Notes: generated by a model from the sequence alone, not told the origin. Shown: positions 1 to 13,790, counted from the stretch's first letter. The stretch: DNA of 64,000 bases from Amoeboaphelidium protococcarum X5 (GCA_023515725.1 JALDTO010000137.1:82241-146240), one strand, 5' to 3'. Made by a program: numbers and translations.

Positions 1-2474
1 TACTTTAATAATAAAACTTCCTCCGTAAGAGCTGGTCTTTCACCTCCAATAACAGCTTTAAGAATCTACTTGGCAGTCATCGAACGAGGCCAAGGTAGGC
101 GGCGCGTAACAAGCTCGTATGCGACCATGGCAAACGAATACACATCCGTTGCTTTAATCTACTCGGCATAACTAGACTCGGAATCTCGCACAGAAGACTC
201 TTATGGATTAGCAACGCGCCTAAGAACTTCAGGTGCAGCATATGCAACACTCACTCCATCAACCTTAGACATTTGGAACGCGTCAACGATAGGCACATTA
301 GTATTAACAATCCTGGAGATGCCGAAATCAGACAATACAGCATATAGAGACTTTTCATCTTCGTCAATCAGAATATTTGCACTTTTAATGTCACAGTGAG
401 CAAAGCCAGAATCATGCATTTCCTTTATCCCGGTGGCTATATCCTTCATCAGACTAAACTTCAGATCCGATGTCCAATTGACATACTTTGCAGATTCGGG
501 ATTGTATAGGATGGCAGACAGCGCTCCTCTGGTATATTTTTTCATTATGATCATTGGTGGATTATCTGTGAATCCAAGCAACTTTGCGAAATTCCGACTA
601 CTTCTAAAGAACCACATCATGGAAATCTCCTACGTGAACGACGCAATCTCATCCCTTTCACTAATATCACTATTAAGGATCTTTACAACACAACTTTCCA
701 TCCCTTCAGCTCTATTTTACAGATCTGATGACAGAATTTTCGCCGTACATATTCTAGCAGCGCCACCTTTTGCAATCTCACCCTCTATGGTGAAGTCATC
801 ATTCTCAGTATACTGGAGGAATCCAGGAATAGCAAGCTCGCGCTAGTTAACTATAACAGTATTATTCAATGTGAAAGAATTAGAAGTCTCAGAGGTGGTA
901 GTATTCTCAATACTGACAGGAAGTTGAGTGAAATTAACAGAAACATTAGTGAGACCAGTCGGACGCAATCTACTCTCGAAACTCCTGTACAAAGCTTCAG
1001 GCGTAATTAACGCTCCAGCACCATTTCTATTCATAGCTAAAGAGGTAACAACCCTTGAGTGTGCGGCAGCATTCATTTGAGCCTAATATTACTATGATTG
1101 CTACAACTATTAAGGAGCATTGATTACTACAGCAGGATAAGGTTGTTGGGCCTATAACATATCGCCCGGGTTGCCGCCAATAGTTTACTTTTGCACAAAT
1201 TTTCTAATGACAGATTGCGGTGCATCGCCTTGGCCAGCATTGTCCGCTCTCGATGGATCCTCTACAAGAACATGCAAGACTGGTTATTACACTCGCATAG
1301 CAGTCTTGATACTTTGCAATTATTGCGGAGGAATGTTGGGAGTTTGCACTGCATAATTTTGATACTGGGGTATCTACTGCTATTATTGCTACTGCGGCTG
1401 GATCATATTAGCAGGAGCAATCGCAGGACGATCACTGTTCACTCTACCCCTCATGCTACCAAAATGCTAAGGCATAGGAGGCGCATTCAGAGGTATGAAA
1501 TTTCCATCTTCGGCTTATATCAGATTAGGCTGTGACTTGTTACGAGGTCTCATGAGTTCTCCGGGAGCATTCTAAATATCAATCAAAGTGGGAACGTCAT
1601 CAGAGGCCAGAAGGGGGAGTTGTTTCTGAGACTAAACTTGGCGCGAACTTCGCTTCACGGTACCTTCTCTCACCAACTGATTGTGCTGTATCTTCAACTT
1701 GGCAAGATAGTCCTCGTACTGACTTCTTGCGCCAGATTATTCACCTGTATCGCGCTAATTCTACGAGCTTCCTTTAGAAATGGAATTGAACTTTGATTGA
1801 TCTTGGATATCAGGCCGCGGTAAATTGCTCACAGATCTCAATCTTTCCACTGTTTGAGGAGTGGCATGAGTAGGTGGCACAGTTTCCAGAGACATGCCGC
1901 CTTGAACATTTAAAGGACTACTTCCTTTCTCGCCATACTACTACGGGCTATTCTGTAATCGCATGGCAGTATCCGAAGGCAGATCTCGTCTGCTCTTACT
2001 CATCTACATAGTCAAGGGCTGCTGCTGCTACGACTGCAGAATCTTTCCATCATACTTATCACGAGTGGCTGCAATCGGGGCACTGAAAGATCCAAAATTC
2101 TAAGCAGACTGTGGAGGATTGTAAGCCAACTAAGCGGTGACCTGTGGCGCAAGATTATTTTGACTATTAGCTCCTCCTGCCTGTAATGGCTGACCATTTC
2201 TTGCACTTTTCTAAGCGATCATTGCCGATCTCTGAGCAGATCGTCTGCGTACGGCCAAGCACACTGTGGCGATTACTACTACTCCAATTAGGGCACATAC
2301 TACAGAAATTGCTACTACAGCTGCAGACGGTCCTGCTGTTGAGTTATTACCACTATCTTATCTCTTTTCTAATCTAATAATCTATGCTTGCATCTCCTAT
2401 CGCTGAAACCCAAGGGCTGTTTCAACCAAGATCATTGTTAGAATATACATCCACTTGATCATCTAGTGAGCCAT
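1..2474 (-). CDS. Single-pass receptor-like protein kinase (TKL-type), 3' end runs off window
   Basis: With TAR=Gln one frame is open from ATG 2474 through ORFs 843-1076 and 201-620. Order: signal peptide (MAHQMIKWMYILTMILVETALG), short ectodomain, TM helix (AVVAISVVCALIGVVVIATVCLAV-RRR), Q/P-rich linker, kinase motifs HCDIKSANIL, DFG, YAAPE, DVYSFAMV. Confidence 0.85.
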
Positions 2475-2600
2475 TACAATCTCGGGTAAATGTCCTTTAC
2501 AATAAAAAACAAAATGTTATATCTTCTAAAATATATTTACTTTTTCCAACAATGAAGAAGCTAAGAGGGGAAACCTGGAGGAGGGACTTATTTTTAGACA

Positions 2601-3053
2601 ATGGAATCTGCTATATTCTGTTGCCATGTTGCATTCATTACTGATCACTATTAGTGCGTCATGTAAATCGTACTAATGACATCGGTATCACAATGGTCCA
2701 TTAGAAGGAAATTTGATCCCCTAGTACTGGTAATGCTAGTAAACTTCGACCATAATGGCATTAATTCGGACACCTTAGAAATCAAGAATCCCTCTGTTTA
2801 ATTTTAAAACGACGACGACGCGCCTCAAACAGCATTAGATTATTGGTATCATCGACATAGGCGGCACAATGTTGAAGCGTTCGTGCCCTGTCTCAACTAA
2901 GCTTTATACGTAATGCCCAAAGACTCTCTGTTCTGTTATAGCAATGTTGGAGCAGAGCTAACATTATTCGCACCAGATTAACTTGAGTATGTTTAGATCG
3001 TGGATAGACTCGCGGAGGAGTGCCTATCCAAACTCCTATTAATATTAAAATGA
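2601..3053 (+). CDS. Hypothetical protein (150 aa), divergent from the kinase
   Basis: ATG 2601 to TGA 3051-3053 is open under TAR=Gln. No recognisable motif, and long chance ORFs are common with a single stop codon. Confidence 0.3.
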
Positions 3054-3530
3054 TGACGATTATTTCTGTTATGACTGCTAAGACTTTGTAAACGAATTGT
3101 TACGGTAAATTCTAGGAGGTAGTTCTCATTGAAAAAACGTGACATTTTTAATCACAACGTCGAGTAGTAAAGTGCAAGGTAACTTTAAATCAAACAGCTA
3201 TAAACAGAAAGCAAACGTCAACAGAATGTTAAACAATAATATCAACGATAATTTGACACATTTCAAGCCAGCGATAAAGCCAGATAGAGAAACTAGCTAT
3301 TCAACGACAGTTTGTTAACTTCAAAGTTGAGTGAGACTTTGTTTGAGAGAAGAACAAAACTCAGATAGTTTCGTCGCGCCGTATAGACTGACTGATCGAC
3401 TGCCGAGAAAATTTGAAATTTGACTCGCACAAGGGGCCAACTGGTTTCACACGTCTTCAGTGTGATACGACGCGTGTTTCTCTTTGCAAATCCAATTGTT
3501 TACTATACAAAGAATTTGAACGCTAACGAT

Positions 3531-4442
3531 ATGACAAGACGTAGCAAGAGGATAAAAGTGTCCAAACTTGACGTTGCTGTTAAGAAGTAGAGATCGGGCT
3601 ACAACACCTCAATGAAATTGTTTGTTTGCCAAGTCTTGCCGCTGGTCATTTAGCATCAATCTGATTGTGTGAACAACAATGGTCTGAAGCGCGGCGACAA
3701 TTTGCTGATACTTTTACTGAAGTGGAAGAATGATAACTGTTGGCTGTCATCAAGAATCTTCCATAATCTGTTGTCATTGTATTCCTCTCTGGATTTCATC
3801 AATGATTTTGCTATTGTGAATAATGCCGCAAAGTTTGACAGCGTGTTCCAGCAGCAGATCAACAAGAGCGCGTTTGACATGATGACGGGGCAAATTAATG
3901 GGAAGAGTTTGCACGTACTGATGCATTCATTTGATGTTAAAAGTGCTCTTCTCTGGATATAAAAGCTCGGTTATGATCCTATGGTCCCTATTGACTATGA
4001 CGATGTCTAGAATTTATAGTCAAAGTTCTCCAAGATTCGCCAAAAGACTTTATCTCAAGCTTAAAATTCTACTCCCATTGAGGCCATGAAAGATTTTGTC
4101 GATTTGTATGATTATTTTGTGTAGAGTGTGGTTGAAAGCAATGTTCATGTGTAAGTTTAAAGTTACTTGATCGACATTGTTTACTATGATATTGTTCATA
4201 GACGATCCGCTTAGTTCTAAACTGAGACGATTAAGATGTGGCTATTGCCAATTATTCGCTATGAATGCAAAGTACGCGGAGATTAAGTGCACTTCTTGGT
4301 TAATTCTGTATGGGAAATAGTGAAGGATGACATGGCAGCTATAAAGGATTTCAGAAATGACGGTGATTTGCATGTAAGAGATATTGTCAGACGTGCTGTC
4401 AAATGTTGCAAGGCTTGGATAAATGAACCTGAAGGTCGTTGA
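3531..4442 (+). CDS. Orphan family protein, copy 1 (303 aa, basic N-terminus MTRRSKRIK)
   Basis: Open ATG-TGA under TAR=Gln. Collinear paralogue of 4808-5731 (shared LFVCQVLPLVI, LLKWKNDNCWLS, WLLPIIRYECKVRGD). Confidence 0.85.
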
Positions 4443-4807
4443 ATTGTTGCATGAACTCTATGAAGTTGAAATATTGAGATTTATTTGCATTTATAATTAG
4501 ATTTGTGCGTCTTTGCTGCATGACTAGTTGTACGTGTTGAGTTACAGTAACCGGTTTAGAATAATTCAATAGAAGGAATAAGCTTGGTTGGTGGGCAAAA
4601 CTTGTCAACCTTAGACATTTTTCTCTTTTCAAAAAGTCAGCAAAGAGTATTTTTCATCTTTCTGAAACTGGAACGAAATATGTTCTCTAAATGGGAGTTA
4701 GAGTTCGTTAATAAACGCGCAAAGGGAGTTGATTGTGTGAAACCACGCGTTTCTTCTTCTCAAATGCAGCTGTTTCGACTGCAAAATATAATAGCATTTT
4801 CAGTAGA

Positions 4808-5731
4808 ATGACGAGAAGTAGTAAACGATTGAAAAATAAGTCTCTACTTGTTTCTGGTGTGAAGAAGTAAAAACTTGGTTATGAGACATCTTGGAAATTA
4901 TTTGTGTGCCAAGTCTTGCCTCTCGTCATTCGTCACCAATCCGATATCGTAAACAATAATGGTATAAAGCGCGGTGACAATGTACTAATACTATTACTGA
5001 AGTGGAAGAATGATAATTGCTGGTTGTCTTAAAAAATTGCCAGCAATCTAATCTCAATGTATTCTTCCCTGAATTTCATTAATGACTTTGCCACTTTGAA
5101 TAATGCCATACGATTTTGTCAAGTTTACCGAAAACAAGTCAGTAAAAGTGCATTTGACGTGATGACAGGCTAGTTAAATGGAAAGAGCTTGTGTGATTTG
5201 CTAATGCTGATAGATGTCAAGTCTGTTCGTGTTTGTATTCAAAAACTTGGATATGATCCTTCTGTATCAATTGATGATGAACAAGTCAAAAAATTAATTG
5301 TAAAATTTGCTGCGATCCGTCAAACTCCCCAATATTAAGGAATTGACGCCACGACTTTAACGGAGATGGAAGCTTTTGTTTATGTTTACGATCATTTCGT
5401 GTAGAGCGCGGTTGAGAGCAACGTAAATTTGTCGGTTCAATCTATTCTACTGGACATTGTTTATAATGGCAGTTGTGCCGGGCGTTCTGAAGATTTGCAG
5501 CTTGCATTAATCAAGCTGTGGCTGTTGCCAATTATTCGTTATGAATGCAAAGTACGCGGAGATTGTGTACGCGCTCTTGTGGACTCTGTTTGGGAAATTG
5601 TGAGGGATGAATTAATGGCTGTCAAAGATTAGTTAACTCTGAAGAATAGCGTAAACAAGGTCGTCTATGATTGTATTAGACACGCTGTCACATGCAGCAA
5701 GGCTTGGACTAATTAAGTTGACGGTCATTGA
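4808..5731 (+). CDS. Orphan family protein, copy 2 (307 aa)
   Basis: Open ATG-TGA under TAR=Gln. Tandem paralogue of 3531-4442. Confidence 0.85.
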
Positions 5732-6137
5732 CTGGTTGTTTGAGAATTATGACTATTTGATTAATAAAGAATACTAGTTTATATGATCAATATCACTCTT
5801 TAGTTTATTTCGTTCATTTAGCAGAAGTTGTGGCGCTATTAATGTTGAAACATTTGGACGCATTTAGTTGTTTACGCAACACATCTTTTACGCGTTTTGT
5901 TTCAAGTCCAGACTTTACGAATGGTAACGCATGAAACTCGTTGAAACTAGAGAAGATTGATGAAGATGAAACTAACTGCAAATCACGAGTCTTTTATAAG
6001 AACACTAATTTTAAACATTACAATCATATCATTATATAATCAAATTTTACAGCTTTTTAATTCGCTAAAATGTGTAATCTTAAGTCAGGCGTCATAGTCG
6101 AGAATCATATTTTAAAGCATAATCTAAGTAATCACCT

Positions 6138-7268
6138 TCATACCTTACGCGTGATCAACCCCTAAAGCTAATCTAATGTAGGCTTCTTGGTAATATTATG
6201 TTATAGAACGAGACTAATGGCATTTGATGCAGGAACAAGAACTTGGGCGCCATCTAATTCAACCTTCCTGAATACTCTATCAGGAGTAGGACGATCCAGT
6301 TCTTTTACTTTCAAAGTATTATTTATAATCAATTTCTTCTTCTTTTCAAATAGCATCAATATTTCTTTCATATCATTATCCTTGGTCTAAGAATCTTCAA
6401 TAATCTCGATTGCAGCTAAAATTTAAGCACACAAATGATCACCAATGACCTGACGAGCGTTAAGACCATTCTGCAAAGCAGTCTCAACAATATCCCAAAG
6501 CATCGCGTAGTTAGATGGAATTCCACCAAGCACAGCAAATACGGTATCTTCCATACCAGCTTCTGTGATATGTTTATATAATACTTCAAACTGCTTAAGT
6601 CACAATATCATGTCCCAGGACATTGGTTTTACAACACAAACTCGCTAACGTCCTGTTCGAAGAAACGAATCGCTTAACGAGTTTGGCAATCCGTCCACAA
6701 TGACTCGCAGCTTATACTCATCAGCCAAAGTGCGGACAGCACCAGTCAGGCCAGCATAACGGTCGCCAGGTTCACGTTCGGTAGCATTGATGACGACGAT
6801 TGGCGGGCTTCCGAACGTGAACAAGCGATGCCAAAATATAACGCGCTTGGCACTGCCCATAGGACAAAAAAAATCTAACTAGATACGCGTTAATTCTAAC
6901 AGCGTGTTATTAACGATATCGTCCTAGGTATGATTAGGCTAGGCTTGCAAAGTAATTACACCGGGTAACTTACTGGTGGCAGTTCTAAGTAGGCAAGATT
7001 TTCCAACTCCCTTCTCACCAGTAACCACTAAGTACCTTTCATCATAATCCTTCCTGACCAATCTGCTTCTGAGATATTCTATTTCTGCCTTCCTAATGGA
7101 CTCGGGTACAGGCTTGAATGCAAAACGCGAACGCAGCGCTATCCAAGCAGCTCTTCCTGGTCCGACACGCGGGATCAGTCCAGCAGCAGCAAACACAACC
7201 GTTCCACCGATAGTAACAAGAGGCAATAATTCTTTAATACAAGCAGACAGATCGTAGAAAATTGACAT
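6138..7268 (-). pseudogene. P-loop ATPase with N-terminal hydrophobic segment, interrupted by one in-frame TGA at 6600-6602
   Basis: Walker A VTGEKGVGKS. The frame is open from ATG 7268 to TGA 6138 except for TTG-TGA-CTT at codon 223, and the downstream part still reads as protein (VFAVLGGIPSNY). Confidence 0.65.
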
Positions 7269-7454
7269 TTTATGATTGTCAGCTTTTATAGCACTGTAGT
7301 AAACGAAGGAATAGTGAATAAAACCATTAGAAAAACACCCCAAGATCATTGTTGGAATAAAATCGATCAACGAAACGAGAACTTGGTACGTTCTTGCCTT
7401 ACAATACATCGCTCTACTCCCGCAGTCTTTTACCACTAAGACAGAACATTAACC

Positions 7455-8858
7455 ATGACAAGGAAGAAGAGTAAAAAGAAAGCTAAGAGCAAAAGTAATA
7501 AATAGTCATAGCCAGAGTAATCAATTGAGACTGAAATAAATGACGCGAACGTTGGTAATAATAGTAGCATAGATCAAAGTGAATATGATCTCGAATTACC
7601 AGAGTTGGTTGACGTTCCTGATGCTCCTCCAGCTTAACAATTATCAAGGCAGCGTACTATATTGGATGCTAAATAGAATTAATCTGTACGTGATATTAGC
7701 GAGTCTCCTCAAAATACTCAAGTCAAGTCTGATGCATCTCCGCGATCGGCGTCAACTAGCAGAAAATCCAGCTCTAAATATCGTTTCTACTATAAAGAGC
7801 CTTCATCGCCTGCCGAATCTGATGCACAAGAGACAGCTCAAGATTAAGAATTAATTCCTATAGCGACTGATGCCGGTCATGCAGTAAAGTTACGTGCGTC
7901 TTAAAATATTGATTAAGTCGTGGAAGCTAATTCAATCGCTCCTCATAAGAAGATTGTCAATGTTAGATTGTGGAGCGTGTTCTTAAAGCATATTCTGCCT
8001 TTAATTGTTAAATGGGAATGCTAAAGAATTAAAGACAATGGATATCAAGCCGGCCTAGTTATACTGTAGTTGATGCTCAACATCAAGAGGGAGTCGTTTT
8101 ATCACGAACGCGTATTGATGCAACTGTCCAAGAGTGATTTGCGAGACGTTGACTTGTCCAATGCGTTTGGTACTGAGGCTTTTAAAGTTCGGTTCATCAA
8201 AGAGTTCTTTCTGCATTATAAGCATTTGGCAACGAAGCGCTTCACGTTCTCATGCAATTATCATGAGATTGATGAGTGTACCGAGTTTTTGCCTTTTATA
8301 TATACTGTCCAGCTGATTTTGAAAAGCAATCCGTCAATTGGTCGGGCTGAACATTAAACTGAATATCCTGAAGATTTATTTGACAAGATTATTAGCAAGT
8401 ACGAGTCTGACAGTAAGCAAGTTGCTACCAGCAAGAAGCCGTACTATTTCTACATGCTGTTCTGTGCTGCACATAATCTATATGGCAATGAGTATCCACC
8501 AGTGTGGAATAATCCGTACATAATCATTTAAAAGTTGCAGAATGGCAAAGTTGCAGATTTAAATGTTTTGAAGGCTATATGTTGGTCAATGCTGAGACCA
8601 TTTGGTCATTACGAGTGTCGATAGGCAGGTGTTGATGATTCTGAATTAGTTGGCGTATATTTGTAAAATTTTATAGATATATTTCGGGACGGTGTGAGCA
8701 TTAATTTGCAAAAGGTATCTAACAAGTACACGATTGCAAAGGCTGTTTAGGACTCCATTTAATCTCTCATTCCAGCTTACAAGGATTGGATCCTTTAAAG
8801 GAGCATGTGTGACTAGGATTCTGGTTCTGATCTTAAAATGGAAACATAGACCGAATGA
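7455..8858 (+). CDS. Orphan family protein, divergent copy 3 (467 aa) with longer low-complexity N-terminus
   Basis: Open ATG-TGA under TAR=Gln. Starts MTRKKSKKK. VFLKHILPLIVKWEC..DNG and WSMLRPFGHYECR align with motifs in copies 1 and 2. Confidence 0.75.
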
Positions 8859-9251
8859 ATAAGGCGTATAAAACATAGAATTTGTATAACATTGTTGATG
8901 TACTTGCGCGTAAATAAGGTAGTTGATTAACTACACTGGGCATCAATTGCTTTCTTTTAACTTAACTGACGTCTCAAATTTTGTTTCAATTTATCGCGTT
9001 TAAGTGAACACTCTCTCGCGACATTAAGGTGGACGCTTTGGAAAGTTAAAAAATTGACAATGCGCGCTCTGCATGCAAATTTACTTTCACTTACTGTCTA
9101 AACAGCTGTAGCATTTATTTTTGTAAACTTTAATCTCACTCTTCCTCGAAGATATAACGTGCTCCATCATTAATTGAGTGATTGAGGCGCAAAACACAGA
9201 TAGTCAAATGAGAAAATGTATTTTACTCATTTAATACAATCTTAATCTGTG

Positions 9252-10697
9252 TCAGTAATTGTCTCGCATTAAAGACGGAGTCCAGTTGAGTATTGGATGA
9301 GTCTAAGGCGTGGCGTTAGGATCTTCTTTCCAAATCTTGATCAATTTATCAGCTTCCCCTGTAATCAGTCTTGAGCCGGTAATATCAAAAGATGAGCAGA
9401 AAATCCCAGCGTCACTCTCAACATTGTCGATTCCCAATTTGGTTCCTGTCTACTAGAATGAGTACCCAGATTTATAATCCCAGAATTGCATCGAGCCATC
9501 GTCACCTACACAAAAACTAAAAATTGGCATTGTATTCAATACCTAGTTAGAATTTGCGCAAACTTACCTCCGCTGAAGAGCACATTATCTTCATTTATGG
9601 ATACTGTGTTTAACAATGCATTGTGTCCTTGCAAATTCTGCAGTAACTTTCCATCATATCCTCTCCATTACTTGATGCCATCTTATGACGCGGAGCAGAA
9701 CGAAAACTCCACAGGATTGCTAGCCAGAGCTCTTACACCTTTCTTGTGATGAGTCAAAGTGGTCATAGTCTTTCCTGCTGCCAGATCATACATTCGAATT
9801 GTGGAATCCATAGAGCCGGATATGACTTGTGGGTCCACTTCTTAACAAAGGAGAGAGGTGATGGTATGAGAGTGACCGCGCAGAATATGAACACAATCAC
9901 GCGTTCTTATATCCCAACATCTAACCACCGAATCTCTGCCACCTGTAAAGCACAAGTCCAATGTCGGATGTAACGATAAAGAATAAACTCCACTGCTATG
10001 TCCGTGATAATGTCGTATAACTTTGTTCACTTCCAGATCCCAACATTTCACTTGATTATCTTCCCCGGCACTGAACAAATATGGCGAGCGTTTAGATATG
10101 GCCATTGCACGGACAGTAGAGATGTGTCCGGTAAGAGATAACTTCAAAGTACCGGATGCCAGATCCCAAATCTTGATCATTCTATCCGCAGAGCCTGTGG
10201 CAAACCACTCATTAGTGTGATCAACCGCAACGCAGCGAACCCAACCGACATGGCCTCCAATGACACGCGCCAACTTCCATGGAGCATGCCACTCTGGTCT
10301 AGGTACGTCTCTACGTTGAAACTTGATTAGAGACTCTTTGGTAGGTATTTCAAAATCTTGAGTGAGAACCCCGCCACCTTCTTATAATTGCGTTATAGAG
10401 CGCTAACCAGCGTTATCCCCATTCTCATCATATTCAATGTCAAAAGTCTAGTTCTAAATAGCATCAGCGGACTACAAGGCTCGAAGTATGATGGCATCGA
10501 CATCTCTACACTAAACCAAAAATGGTCGATTAGTGTGAGTTTTTATCGTGTCTAGCGTAAAATACTTACACGTTATAATCTAAAAAGCTTTATTCACCGT
10601 ACAATACGTCAGTCAATTTGGAATTCTCCTTCAGTAAATCTGTAAGAGTAGCTTTATTGAGCTATTTTATTGTTTGATTTGACTCTGTACTATCCAT
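9252..10697 (-). CDS. PRP46: Pre-mRNA splicing factor PRP46/PLRG1 (WD40); introns 10506-10569 and 9506-9567
   Basis: [66 protein letters not shown]. Both introns are GTAAGT...TAG. Confidence 0.95.
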
Positions 10698-11084
10698 TGT
10701 GTAAGTGTAATTGATCAGTTTTAGAAATGGACGAAAACAGAAAATAAGACGGGCAAAGTCAAGACGCGTTTTTCAAATATAGAGATCTGCATTGTAATGC
10801 AAGTTTAATACACCCAATAACTATGTATAATTTTGCAACATAAATCTTTTTAAGAAATGACTTTGTTTATGTAACTATTTTCTAAGTTTTATTATATCAC
10901 TCACTATACTATCGTTTACTCATTTGGGCGCTAAGACACCAAGTGTGCTATTTATAGAACGTGTAATTACCACAATATCTCAGGCCTTTGATGAAAAAGA
11001 TATTATACTTTCAGACACGGCATTCTTCTCCAAATTTAGACTTACTCTCATTGATAAGATAATCCGTCCAATTCAAATATTAAA

Positions 11085-13629
11085 ATGGAGTTTTAATAAT
11101 CAGTCTAAATGTAAGTGTTGACCATTGTTTCATATTCAATATCGACACTAACAAGTTGCAATGTGTAGTGATGCCAGCTTGAACTAAAATGCTCTTACAG
11201 TGTAAAAGTTATCAATGTTGGTCAAAGTTATTCTTCCACAGGGACATACAACTCTAGTTTAAGTTACCGAGGACAATACCGTCGAAGATTTACTTTTAAT
11301 GGTGTGTTAGCGCAAAGTGTTGGTTGCAACAGATTTTGATGTGCTGATTAAATCGCCGTTATCAGATATTGAAACAATTGCCCCATTAGATTCATAGTTT
11401 ATCTCCTATGGCGTAAAAGAAATTAGACTTCAAGATAAGCGAAATCAATCAACTGCTAATGGAAACTCAGATTCATAAGCAAGTACGCCTATCAGTAAAG
11501 GTAGAAGATAGTCCCAGATTCGGTTGGTGAAGCATGAAGGGGCCCCGATGGCAGCTATTGAAGTGCCTCAATCAGTGATGACGAAAGTTGATGATCAAAG
11601 CACTGATAAGGGCGATAAGAGCAAGCGTAAATCTAATCCGCTGTAAAGCTTGGCCTAAATATTCAAGGATAAGAAATTTGGGATCAGCGTTAGTAATAGT
11701 AGTGCCAGTATACTGCCGATAGTTGAGCGACCAGATGTTGTTGTTGTTGCTGATGTACCGGACAAGTAGCCCGTCTCCCATTAAAGCTCGCGAGTTTCTG
11801 ATGACCTACTAGATCACGATGTAGCAGAGTCCTTCACAACATCTAAACCCGGTTCCACTATTTCCGATAGTCGAAGCCACGTGCCTGCTGATAGTGTAGA
11901 TGATTTCGTGGACATGTACGACGATGTCAGCTAAATGACTCCAACATCGCCCGGACCTGTTAGTCCAGTTGTTTTCGATAGAAAGCGCGCGTAGTCGACA
12001 GGCAGGGCGTCGTAGAGTACTTTGCGCAGGAGTCAGTTGCGAACTCCTTCGATTTAAAGCCAAAGTTCCGATTCTGATCCTGCTGGTCAACCGTAATCCC
12101 CTAATGCTTCAAGAGAGTTTATACTTCTCCGTGTGCGTCTGGATGCCGAGTTTACAACAATCAAGTTGCCATCATCTGCCACGTTAGAAGATGTTCTGCT
12201 CAAAGCTATTGAACGATTTACGGCTATGAAAAATGAAGACGACAAGCTGTAGGTGGAAGAATACACATTGGCGAATGTCGATGGATCAAAGCTGGAGATG
12301 GATCGTTCTATCGGTTACGTGAAGTAGCAGTATAATGTTCAAGAGATTTAATTGATCAAGGCTGAGAAGTGTTACAGCACCATGTGCATGTACGAGGATG
12401 GGAAGGAGGTGATGATATTACAAAACAATAATGGTACGATGCAAGTCATGGCGGCAACATAGGAGAAGTTGATTGAGTATGCGACTGATGATACAATGTC
12501 CACCTGTGAGTCTGAATTCAGTGATATCTTACTGATGGCTTTCAGATCATTTATGAAGCCAGCAGACTTTTTTGACTGCTTGATTGCGCGATTCAACGCA
12601 GAACTTCCACCTGATCCCACTTAAGAAGAAGTTGAATATTACAACAAGACTAAAGTTGTGTTATAATAGAGAGTGGTTGCCATAATGTAGTGGTGGGTGA
12701 AATATCATTGGCACGACTTTGCGACTAATCCAGATCTAAAGTTGGATCTAGAAGAGTTTATCGATGCTCTGCAAACTAATGAATCGTACGCTAATGCTGT
12801 GCATGAGTTTAGACAAATAATTGAGGATCAGACTGACAGAGAGGAGCAGATTCAGGATTAGCGTTTGAAGATTATGAAGAGTAACCGTAAAACGATGGAG
12901 AGTATGTTTGAAGAGATTGATCCCACAGTGCTGGCTGAACAAATGTGCATTTATAATTTCTAATGGTTCTGCCACATTCATCCTATTGAATTCCTGAATT
13001 AAATATGGAGGAAGAAAGAGGATGAACCAGAAATTTGGGCAACACCTAATCTGGATTTCTTCAGTGGATGTTTTAATCGCGAGAGCTATTGGGTTGCGAC
13101 AGAACTTGTAAATTAGAAGGATCTGAAGAAGCGTGTCAACATCTTGAAAAAGTTTATCGCCCTCTCCAAGGCATCTATGGAGAAGTAGAATTACTTTAGC
13201 ATGTTCAGCATCTATGTCGGTCTCAATCTGGGACCAGTGTAGAGATTGAAAAAGACTTGGGATTAGTTGCCGGCCAAAGTGCGATAGACTTACGATGAAG
13301 TTGAGAAGGCATGTGATCCATCGCGTAATATGAAAGCTTACCGCGAGATGCTCTCTGCCGCCGCTCCTCCCATCATCCCGTTCATACCAATCTATCTGAA
13401 GGATTTGACTTTTATGCAGGATGGCAATGAGAAATACTTTAAAGGTCTGTTGAACTTTGAAAAGTTGCGCATGATGGCTAATCGCGTCAAAGAAATTTAG
13501 AAACTGACCAATACTCCGTTCACGTATGAACCGGTGCCGGCCATTTAGAATTACCTCACCAAGCCACCAATCGAAATGAACTTGGCCAAACTGAAGGAAG
13601 AAAGTCTCAAATGCGAATCAAATGACTGA
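11085..13629 (+). CDS. CDC25-family Ras/Rap guanine nucleotide exchange factor with two ubiquitin-like (RBD/RA) domains and REM domain; probable intron 11111-11168
   Basis: WVATELV, VQRLKKTW, DPSRNMKAYR, PPIIPFIPIYLKDLTFMQDGN, LNFEKLRM. N-terminal LVKVILPQGHTTLVQV..TVEDLL. The first exon is less certain. Confidence 0.85.
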
Positions 13630-13790
13630 CTGAATTTATGAATGAGTACTATATACAGTAAGAAAAGATTACTGTTCTAGAATGAGGATACTTTACAGTT
13701 GTTTCTCGCGTCAGTTTTTGAATTTCCTTTTCTTCGTCTAAACGCGCTATATTCATATTCTGATAGTCGGTCAGTCAGTCAGTCAATACA

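Noticed and set aside
6600-6602. Selenocysteine TGA
   Set aside because: No redox or Cys-homologous context, the family is not a known selenoprotein, and I recognised no SECIS.
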